Assembly: GCA_000182565.2 (NCBI GenBank)
Contig: KQ257459.1
Length of the DNA: 64,000 bases
Direction: 5' to 3' (one strand)
DNA from: Spizellomyces punctatus DAOM BR117
Taxonomy: Eukaryota
Below the pieces are notes generated by a model. That model was given only the letters and a program-made list of their open reading frames with translations, was not told the origin of the DNA and ran no database searches. The position numbers and the translations under genes are program-made. Of the stretch, positions 23,774-33,659 are shown in pieces; positions within the stretch are counted from its first letter, which is position 1, and every line of letters begins with the position of its first letter.

Positions 23774-26700
23774 TTAAGCTCCCTTCTGGGCTAGGAACTC
23801 CTTCAAGATTTCTCTGCTATGGGGTAGGAGGCTTTCTTCTGGTTCCCAGGTGTTCTGAGAGGAGGGATAGCCTTTCCACTTGATGAGGTAGAGATTCTTC
23901 TTCCTTCTGATCTTGTGGTCCAGAATCTTCTCAACTTCCCAAAACTCTTCTCCTTGCTGGATAATGGGCTCAGGCTCAGGTGGTACTGGTCTGGTAGGGA
24001 AGTCCTCTGTGGGGTCCAGGTAAGGCTTGAGGAGTCTCACATGGAACACTGGATGAATCTTCATGGTGCTGGGGAGCTCCAGGGTGTAATTCTGAAATTC
24101 ATCCTTGGCCTTGATTCTGTAAGGTCCAAGCCAGGGGTGAAGAAGTTTCTGGGCTGGCCTCTGGGCTTCTTCTTCTGGGGTGATACCTTCTCTAGATAGC
24201 CAAACTTTGGAGCCTAGGGGGTAGCTTGGGGCCTTGCTGAGAGACTTGTTGGCTTGCTGAACTTGTCTTTCTTGGGCCAGGACCATGTTATCCTTGGCTA
24301 CTTGAAGCAGTTGCTGAATATACTGGTGGAAGTCTGTTGCTTCAGGATCATTGCTTTCTCCTGGTGGTGTTGCTGGGGTCCTGGGATGCTGGCCATTCTC
24401 CAAGTAGAATGGGGTAAAGCCTGTGGTTTCTGAGACACTGTTGTTGTAGGCAAACTTAGCAAAGGGGAGAAGATCTTCCCAATTCTTCATGTTGTACTCC
24501 AGGAAAGCTCTGAGGTAGATCTTCAAAGTCTTGATGGTTCTCTCTGCCTGTCCATTGGTCTGCTGGTGTCTGGCAGTGGCTAGGAGGGTGTTGCAGCCTA
24601 AGAGTTGCATCAAGTTGGACCAGAATGAACTGGTGAACTTGGTGTCTCTGTCTGATACAATCACTTCTGGGAGGCCATGGTGCTTGAAGATGTGCTTCAA
24701 GAAGAGCAGGGCCAGGTCCTTGGCTGAGGCTCTGGTGGTGGTGGGGATGAAGTGGCCTCTCTTTGACAATCTGTCAACAATGACAAAGATGGCATTGTGA
24801 TCAGAGGAAGTCATAGGTAGGTCAGGGATCAGGTCAATGGAGATCTGGCTCCATCTGGTCTTAGGTACTGGGAGGGGCTGCAGCAAGCCTGCTGGTGGTT
24901 GCTGACTAGGTTTGCTTCTCTGGCAGGAATCACAAGACTTGACATACTTCTTAATGTCCTTGTACATCCTTGGCCAGTAGTAATGCCTTGCTAGGGCATC
25001 ATGGGTCTTAGTGATGCCAAAGTGTCCAGCATATTGAGTGTCATGGGTTTCTTGGAGTAGGCTCAACCTTAGGTCTGGGTCACTAGGAACAAAGATCCTG
25101 TCCTGGAAATAGAGTAACCCATCTTGATGGCTGAGGTACTTGAGCCTTTGTTGCTTGTCTTCTGGTCTCCTGGGGTCATCCAAAGCTTGGAGGAGCTCTT
25201 GAAGTTCTGGGTCTTCTGTGGTACTGGTCTTCAATCTCTCTTGAAGGGTGCTGGTGGTGTGGGTCACAGCATTCAACTCTGCTGTCACCAAGGCCTTGCA
25301 CTTGATGCATCTTGGGGCCAGGTCTGGTCTTCTAGACAGGATGTCTGCCACTGTGTGGAGTCTTCCTGGGCCATAGCCAATCTCAAAGTCAAAAGATTGG
25401 AAATTCATGACCCATCTGGCTTGTCTTCTGGTCAAGAAGGGCTGGTTCTGTAGCCACTTGAGGGACTGGTGGTCTGAGATGACTTTGAAGGGGGTTCCTT
25501 CCAGGTAGGGCCTCCAAACTCTGAGGGCATCATGGATGGCTAACAGCTCTTGTTCTCTGGTGTCATATCTGGTCTCTGCTGGGGCCATCTTCCTGGAGTG
25601 GTAGGCAACTGGTCTCATGCCTTTCCCATCATCCTGTCCAAGCCATGCTCCAACTGCATAGCCTGAGGCATCAGGGAAGACAGTGGTAGGCAAGGCTGGG
25701 TCAAAGGGTCTGAGTACAGGGGCTTTGGTAACCATATCCTTCAGCTGCTGAAAAGCTTTCTCCTGAGGTTCAGACCAGGTCCAGGGCTTGTCATTTCTCA
25801 ACAGGTCTGTCAATGGTGCAGCTTGCTCTGCCAGGTCCTTCAGAAAGCTATGGAAGTAGTTCACCAGGCCCATGAACTGTCTGACTTCAGTGACACTCTG
25901 AGGGGTGGGCCATTCTTGAACAGTCTGCACTTTCTTGGGGTCAAGCTTGACTCCTTCATGTGAGACTACATGGCCAAGAAACTCTACTTCTTGCTTGAGG
26001 AACTGGCACTTGCTGGGGTTGGCATACAGCTTGTTCTGCCTGAAGGCTTGCAGAACCTGCTTGAGGTGGTCCAGGTGATCTTCTGGGGTCTTGGAGTAGA
26101 TGAGGATGTCATCTAGGTAGACAATAACAAAGATGTCCAAGAAGGGTCTAAGGACATCATTCATCAAAGTCATGAAAGTGGCTGGGGCATTGGTCATTCC
26201 AAAGGACATGACCAGGAACTCAAAGTGACCATATCTGGTTCTGAAGGCTGTCTTGGGGATGTCTTCTGGGTGGACTCTGATCTGGTAATAGCCTGACTTC
26301 AGATCTAGCTTGGTAAACACCTGGGCTCCATTCAGCCTATCCATCAGCTCATCAATCCTAGGGAGGGGATATCTGTTCTTGATGGTGATTTTATTCAGAG
26401 CCCTGTAGTCCACACACATCCTCAAAGAACCTTCTTTCTTCTTAACAAAGAGGATAGGTGCTCCAAATGGGCTCTTGGAGGGTCTGATGTGGCCTGCCTC
26501 CAGAAGCTCTGAAAGCTGCTTCCTCAGTTCTTCTAACTCCAAAGAAGAGAGGTGGTAGGTTGGTCTCCAGGGGGTCTGGTTGGGGTCACTGAGTTCAATT
26601 CTGTGATCTACTGATCTCTCAGGGGGAAGTCCTGGGGGAAGCTCTTCAGCAAAGACATCTTGATAGTTTTCAAGAAGCTTGGTGACTTTGGAATCCATGG

Positions 26701-27239
26701 TGTCTGGAGGGGTGCTGGTATCTTGAGGGTTCTTGAGATACACAGCAAAAGCTGTTGCTGTCCTCTTCTTCAGTGTTCTGGCCAACATCTTTGCTGATAC
26801 CATGGTGATAAGATTGGACTTCTGGGATTTGTTGGAAGAGCTGGCCTGCTTAACAAACCATCTGACTCTGGGGTGCTGGGAGGTGGTGAAGGTCACAGTG
26901 TTCTTGTTGTAGTTGATACTGGGATTCCTCCAGGCAAACCAAGGTATACCCAGGATCAAGTCAAACTTGATTGGGGCTACTATAAAGTCTGACTGTTCTG
27001 TGTAGGTTCCTACTGAGTACTGAAGACCTTTGACAAAGCCTATTTCTTGGTGCTTTCTGTCATCAGCCATAGAGATTTCTGCTCCAGGGAGAGAATGAGT
27101 CACCAGTTGTGCCTTCTTGACAAAGGACTGTGACACATAGAGTTGGTTTGCCCCATTATCCAGGAGAATGGTTACTGGGATTCCTTGGATTCTACCTTGC
27201 ACAGTCAGCAAGTGACTCTGGGGAATCCTTGGCCCTTTG
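23774..27239 (-). CDS. pol: Gypsy pol: aspartic protease, reverse transcriptase, RNase H, integrase, chromodomain
   Basis: [60 protein letters not shown]...[19 protein letters not shown]. No stops across the ORF. Confidence 0.96.
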
Positions 27240-27752
27240 TATTGAAACTTAGCGCTTGGAACACTGATTTCCCGTGTAGAAATCACTTCTGAAAGGCCTA
27301 GTAATGCCTGTGGCCGCTAGTAAGACTTCTAGGTGCAGTAACTTGTGGGATAACACGCTTGTATTAATCCAGAGACATGCAAAAGTCCCCTTTATATAAC
27401 CCAGTACATTCTCCAGCCTCCCTCCGCCTTTGTTTACTGTTTACATGCTTCAGCCCACTTGTTTACATGCTCAGCCATGCTCAGCAGTGCTCAGCAGCTT
27501 CAGCCATGCCTTGGCAAACATTACCTGAAGATCTAGATCATCACAAACCTTCCAGACCTTCTAGGAGCGCTTACATGATGATTTACCCCTTTAAATCATT
27601 CACACACGCGTCTGTGATCATTCTGATTACTCTAAGTCCAATTCCCCACGTTGTAACTTAGCCAGATCAGATGTGAACTGTCTAATGACATCCCAGCATG
27701 ATCTCACATGATTTATAGATCATACAGCGTGGTTTAAGCCTGAATCTCAACA
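27240..27752 (-). mobile_element. Copia solo LTR copy C, inverted, inside Gypsy gag
   Basis: Reverse complement of the Copia LTR (TATTGAA...TCTCAACA); flanks CTTTG and CTTGA do not match. Confidence 0.92.
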
Positions 27753-28091
27753 CTTGACATGGCTTTGCCACCAGACTTCAGCATGGAGTTCCAAGTAGGT
27801 GGTGGCTACTAACAGTTGGCCTTCTGGTGATAGATCTGCAGCTGCCTGGAAGTACTCTTCAAGTCTGAGGAGGTATGTCCTAATCTCTTGGACATTCCTG
27901 TTGCCTTTGTAGGGCTTCAACTTGCTTTGGAGGACTTTTACCAGGGATTTATCTACTCTGGGTTGGTACTGAGCAGTGGCTGGTGTGGTGGAGTTCAGCT
28001 GCTGGAGCTTTGCTTGATAAAGCTCCTGCCTGACCTGGTCTATGTCAAGCTCAGCAATGGTGTTGAAGAGAATCTCTTCCTGGCTGGTCAT
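27753..28091 (-). pseudogene. gag: Gypsy gag N-terminal fragment
   Basis: MTSQEE...LKPYKGNR...YLLRLEEYF...ATTYLELHAEVWWQ capsid-like motif, cut by the Copia LTR. Confidence 0.85.
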
Positions 28092-28145
28092 GGTGGTAAT
28101 GGGGTGGAGTCTTGGGTAGTTACAATATTACTTGTAACAACAACA

Positions 28146-28283
28146 ATAGGGTGGGTCACAGGCCCAAGAGATGCAATGTTACTTGCAGTCAAGATAGGGT
28201 GGGTCACAGGCCCAAGAGATGCAATGTTACTTGCAGTCAAAATAGGGTGGGTCACAGGCCCAAAATATGCAATATTACTTGCA
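28146..28283. repeat. 48-bp tandem repeat (about 3 copies) in the Gypsy 5' leader
   Basis: ATAGGGTGGGTCACAGGCCCAAGAGATGCAATGTTACTTGCAGTCAAG repeated. Confidence 0.9.
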
Positions 28284-28633
28284 AGTACAACTGGTGGGGA
28301 GGATACAGGGGGACTCTACAGCTTCTTCACAATCCCACAATAGAAAAACTCTATCTGTTTTCTCAGAGCTTCTGATGCTAACCAAGTGGTGTGTCTGGTG
28401 GTAGTTCTGGAGGTTGTGCTGGGGGTAGGTTTGTGGTATGGGGTGGTGTGAGCTGGTCTGTAGGAGTCCTTGAGGGGGGTTCTGGGCATAAGTTGGGTCT
28501 GAGATAAGAGGCAGGGGTCTTCTGATATTACTCAGAAGGTCTAGGGCAGGTTCTGGGGGTCTGGGGATCTTAGCTTCTGATCTCTCACAGAAGGTCTAAG
28601 AGTCTGGGGTTGTTGTCTAAGGTGGTGCTACCA

Positions 28634-29214
28634 TGTAACAGGCTAGCAGGGACAAGAAGACAACAGAAAACTAGGGAAGACTTGGTTACTACTTCTTATT
28701 TTCCCTTTGAGGGGCCTCAGAGAGGTTGTAACAGGCTAGCAGGGACAAGAAGACAACAGAAAACTAGGGAAGACTTGGTTACTACTTGTTATTTTTCTGA
28801 GGGGCCTCAGAGAGGTCCTCTTTTTATAGACAAAGGGGCTGACAAATGCTATATCCTAACTACCCAATCAGATCTCACCCACATCATCCTAAACTATTTG
28901 TCAGCCTATTGCACCATTTGCAACCAATCCGATCTTGTACATGTCATCCTAAACTATTTGTCAGCCTATTGCACCATTTATAGCCAATCACAAGTGAGAC
29001 AAGTCATCCTAAATACACTGTGCCACTTGATTGAAAGGAGCAGATGCCAGTGTGTCAGGATACTCATCTAATTTAGCCAGAAATGGCTAAATCTGCTTAT
29101 TTATCTAATTCTGGTCAAATGAATGCTGACACCATCAGCAAAGTCATGTGACCACTAGTTTGGAACCACATCTAACTAGTATAACCATAGCACTGACAGA
29201 AGAATTCTGTCACA
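28634..29214 (-). repeat. Gypsy 5' LTR (581 bp)
   Basis: As the 3' LTR but one 60-bp unit fewer, plus small indels and substitutions. Confidence 0.93.
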
Positions 29215-32159
29215 AAGAGCCACTGAAAACGGTGCCAAAGTTGAGTTTGGCAGCAAGGGATGCTGTATCAAGACTTCAGATGGTCAGGAGGCAATCCAGG
29301 GAACTCTAGGCGGCGGTCTATACATGTTTCATGCAAGAGAACATGCAAACATAGCCTCTGGAATGAGTTTGGACCTCTGGCATCGCAGGTTAGGACACCT
29401 GAACGTCAACAGCATCAAAATCTTGGCTAGGAACCAGCGGGGAAGCGGTCTGGAGGTCAAGAATCACACAGAAATATCACCATGTGAAGCCTGTGCCATT
29501 GGAAAGATCACCAGGCGTCCCTTTCCAAAGGGAGAAGCAGCTAGAGCGGCTCTACTGCTGGGGGTGGTTCACAGTGATGTGTGTGGGCCCATGAAGACAC
29601 CAAGTCATGGTGGGGCAAAGTACTTTGTCACATTCATTGATGACAAGTCAAGGATGACAGCAGTTTATCTTCTGAAGGAGAAGAGTGAGGTTCTCAGCAA
29701 ATTCAAGGAGTTTGAGGCCTGGGCAACCAACTTCATGGGGCAGAAGATCAAAACTCTCAGATCAGACAATGGGGGAGAGTATGTGGGCAAAGAATTCAAG
29801 AAATTCTGCAAGCAGAAGGGAATTCAGCAGCAATTCAGCACCCCCTACACACCAGAGCAGAATGGTGTTGCTGAGAGGATGAACAGGATGCTGGTGGAAA
29901 TGGGAAGGTGCATGCTGCACCACAGTGGACTCAGCTACAAGTTCTGGGGCGAGGCAATCATGACAGTGGTCTATCTCAGGAACAGGAGCCCCACTGCAGC
30001 ACTCAGCAACCAATCAACACCATTTCAAGAGTTTACAGGCAGTAAACCAGATCTCCAGCACCTCAGAGTGTTTGGCTGCATCACCTACACTCATATTCCA
30101 AAGGAAAAGCGGTCAAAACTTGATGAGAAGGCCAAGAAGGCAGTCATGGTCGGCTACAGCACTCAGAGTAAGGCCTACAGACTGTGGGTACCTGAAATGA
30201 ACCAAGTTGTCATGTCAAGGGACGTCATCTTTGATGAAAACTTGATGTGGAGCACTCAGCAGCGACTGCAGAGTGTACCACAGCAAGACCAAGAGCTACA
30301 GATGCCTCTGGGAGGGGAGCCTTTGTTCTTGGACGACCAAGAAGGGCTAGGGACGGTTCAAGAGACTCAGGGACCATCTAGCATCACTCCAGACAACTCT
30401 TCAGCATCAGAAGATGATGGGGACGACTTCCAAGATGCTGAGGAAGTGCCAGAACTCAGCAGGAAGAGTGCCAGATTTCACAAACCACTGGGAGAGTGGT
30501 GGATTGCAAAGCCAACTCAGTCAAACCTGGCTTTTGCCTTCACCATTGGGGAAGTTCCACAGGAAGAACCCAGCACTCTGGCTGAAGCTAGGACCAGACA
30601 TGATGCCAAACAGTGGGAGGTGGCTGTCAAAGCAGAATATGACTCTCTGATGGAGAATCAGACATGGGACTTAGTCAAACTACCACCAGGAAGATCCACA
30701 GTTGGCTGCAAGTGGGGTTTTCAAGCTGAAACTCAAGTCAGATGGCTCTGTAGAGTGCTACAAGGCCAGACTGGTAGCCAAAGGATACTCCCAAGTTGAA
30801 GGACTGGACTACAAAGAGACATTTGCCCCAGTAGTCAAGTTTGCAACCATCAGGACGGTCCTGACACTAGCTGCCATGAAGGACATGGAGATTCACCAAA
30901 TGGATGTCAAGACAGCATTCTTGAATGGGACCATTGAGGAGGACATCTACATGGACCAACCAGAAGGCTTCACCATGGCAAATGGACTTGTCTGCAAGCT
31001 AAAGAAGAGTTTGTATGGGTTAAAGCAAGCTCCAAGAGCCTGGAACAAAGTCATTGATGGGCAACTCAAAGAACTTGGCTTTGAAAGGTGTGAATCAGAC
31101 CACGGGCTGTACATCAACAAGAAGATGGGCATCCACCTTATCCTATATGTGGATGACCTTATTCTGGCATCAAAGGACGACCAGGAGTTGTTAAAACTCA
31201 AAGAAGAACTCAAGAAGCAGTTCAAGATGGCTGATATGGGCCAGTTAGAGCATTTTCTCGGCATTCAAGTGGTCAGGGACAGAGCCAACAGGTCAATCTG
31301 GCTCTCCCAACAGCGGTACCTCGGTCAAACATTGAAGAAATTCAATATGAGTAACAGCAAACCAGTTGCCACACCACTAGAGAATGGCCAGAAGCTCACC
31401 AAGGCCATGTCACCACAAACTGAGGCAGAACAGCAAGAAATGAACGGGGTTCCTTTCAGAAGTGCTGTTGGAAGTCTCATTTATGCAATGCTGGGCACCA
31501 GACCAGACATAGCAGCGGCAGTTGGATCAGTCAGCCAGTACCTTTCCAACCCCGGACATCAGCACTGGATAGCAGTCAAACGGATCATGCGGTACCTGAA
31601 TGGCACCACAGACCTAGGACTTCAACTGGGTGGCATTCAGAGCAAGTGGGAGCTATCTGCATACTCTGATGCAGATTGGGGCGGTGATTTGGACTTCAGG
31701 AAGTCTACCACTGGCTTCTTAGTCAAGATTGGCAGCAGCACAGTCAGCTGGCAAAGCAAGAGGCAACCTACAGTCGCTCTATCATCAACAGAGTCAGAGT
31801 ACATGGCTCTTTGTCAAGCTACCAAGGAAGTTATCTGGTTCAGAACACTCCTAGGCGAGCTAGGACATCAGCAAAGCGGTCCTACAACATTGTATGGTGA
31901 CGATCAGGGCGCCATAGCACTTGCCAACAACCCAACACATCATGCAAGGACCAAACATATTGATGTGCGGCACCACTTCATCAGACAAGCAGTAGAAGAC
32001 AAGAAAATCAGCCTCAAGTACTGTCAGACAGAAGAAATGATGGCTGACATTCTCACCAAGGCTCTACCCAAGACAAAGCACCTTAAACTTTGTGGTAAAA
32101 TGGGTCTCTGTCAGAAATCAGATGATTCACTGAGTGGGAGTGTTGAGATTCAGGCTTAA
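29215..32159 (+). pseudogene. pol: Ty1/Copia pol (GAG-pre-integrase, integrase, RT, RNase H), 5'-truncated, one frameshift
   Basis: LWHRRLGH..CEAC, HSDVCGP, LRSDNGGEY, QMDVKTAFLNG, LYVDD, YSDADWGG, ARTKHIDVRHHFIR. Extra G in the run at 30714-30717 breaks KWVFK. Confidence 0.95.
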
Positions 32160-32674
32160 ACCACGCTGTAGGATCTATAAATCATGTGAGATCATGCTGG
32201 GATGTCATTAGACAGTTCACATCTGATTTGGCTAAGTTACAACGTGGGGAATTGGACTTAGAATAATCAGAATGATCACAGACACGTGTGGGAATGATTT
32301 AAAGGGGTAAATCATCATGTAAACACTCTTAGAAGGTCTGGAAGGTTTGTGGTGATCTCGATCTTCAGGTAATGTTTGCCAAGGCATGGCTGAAGCTGCT
32401 GAGCACTGCTGAGCACGGCTGAGCATGTAAACGAGTGGGCTGAAGCATGTAAACAAGTGGGCTGAAGCATGTAAACAGTAAACAAAGGCAGAGGGAGGCT
32501 GGAGAATGTACTGGGTTATATAAAGGGGGCTTTTGAACATCTCTGGATTAATACAAGCATGTTATCCCACAAGTTACTGCACCCAGAAGTCTTACTAGCG
32601 GCCACAGGCATTACTAGGCCTTTCAGAAGTGATTTCTACATGGGAAATCAGTGTTCCAAGTGCTAAGTTCAATA
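32141..32674 (+). mobile_element. Copia 3' LTR copy D
   Basis: Preceded by PPT TGAGTGGGAG; TGTTGA...TCAATA; carries a private 22-bp duplication at about 32423-32466. Confidence 0.93.
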
Positions 32675-32909
32675 GTGGGACCTCAGGGGACACCAAATGC
32701 CAGCATATCACTGGAATAAAATTGAGATGCTGCTGGGTGGGAGCCTTTCTGTTCTTGGATAAGAAGGAAGAGCTAGGGCCAAAACTGGAGATCTAGCAAG
32801 GCACCAGTAGGTTCATGGGGATGTCATACTTGTGAAAGAATGCTTCTTTTGGATACTTGTATACAGTTAAACCAAAGTAGTAGAGTAGCATGGGGTGTAG
32901 AGTAGCATA

Positions 32910-33520
32910 GTGTGAGGTTGAATTTTTAGTTTCAACCTAGTCTAAAAGATGGGCAGGACATGTGTCTAAAACAAATGATCAATAGAGATGCATCTGTCTG
33001 CCTGCATCTTGTCCAGGCCTGCCCAGAACAAGTGAGGTACTCCATATTTATATGTTCATTTGCCTGCTAAACTTTGAGACTAGGCTGTATCAAGATATTT
33101 GTGTGTATCTCCTGGTGTACCAACCCATGGTTGATTCTTTTTTATTAGTTCTAGATAGGGTAAATAGTCAGCCACTGCCTTGGCATTTCCTTGGCATTTT
33201 TGTCTATAAAAAGGGGGTGCTTTCACACCACCACTCAATAACAACCAACCTTGCTCTCAAGTCTTTTCTTTCCCCTGTATCTTCTTGTCCCTGCTGCTAT
33301 TATTATAAGTTATTAATTAAGTATGTATATATCTGAGGTAGATAACATTTGCTTGTTCTTCTTGAGTCTTCCTTTTGCATACTGTTCTAAGTTCTACAAT
33401 ATAATAAAAAATATCTATATGTAACTATAAGATATTGAAGTCCAGATTATTGAAGATATAACTCAGTATAGTAATCAGTTAGTATATTAAAAATAATAAT
33501 AATTTATTTACTACCACACT
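32910..33520 (+). repeat. Decayed relative of the TA-flanked repeat family
   Basis: TA|GTGTGAGGTTGAA start, GTCTATAAAAAGGGGG core shared with copy 1, CTACCACACT end; no CpG. Confidence 0.35.
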
Positions 33521-33659
33521 GTTACAGTGAATCAAAAATGATATCCACTCTTATCTAGAAGTACATATATGCAAGGGAAGTCTCTTGTACATCCTTTAAT
33601 ACATATTGCATAAATACTAAATAATGTGCAAAGCATCTTGGTTGTGCAGACAGAATTCC

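Larger units (their letters stand above)
23116..29214 (-). mobile_element. Ty3/Gypsy chromovirus LTR retrotransposon (gag partly deleted, Copia solo LTR inside)
   Basis: LTRs 23116-23757 and 28634-29214 (TG...CA); PBS TGGTAGCACC next to the 5' LTR; PPT AAAGTGGGGGAG next to the 3' LTR; PR-RT-RH-IN-chromodomain order. Confidence 0.95.

Noticed and set aside
27240-27286. N-terminal [16 protein letters not shown] of the 1170-aa ORF as the true pol start
   Set aside because: These codons lie in the inserted Copia LTR, so this is an ORF-caller artefact.
30700-30800. Programmed ribosomal frameshift in Copia pol
   Set aside because: It falls inside the conserved RT motif KWVFK at a G run, so a 1-bp insertion or sequencing error is more likely.
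22064-32540. Repeated small ORFs (MLSHAQQCSAASAMPWQ..., CNRLAGTRRQQ...) as a gene family
   Set aside because: They are incidental translations of LTR copies.
21400-33650. Classical RIP (CpA>TpA)
   Set aside because: CpA/TpG are abundant in the elements, the ORFs are open, and LTR polymorphisms sit at CpG. Only the old flanks are TpA-rich, which two-step CpG decay can explain.
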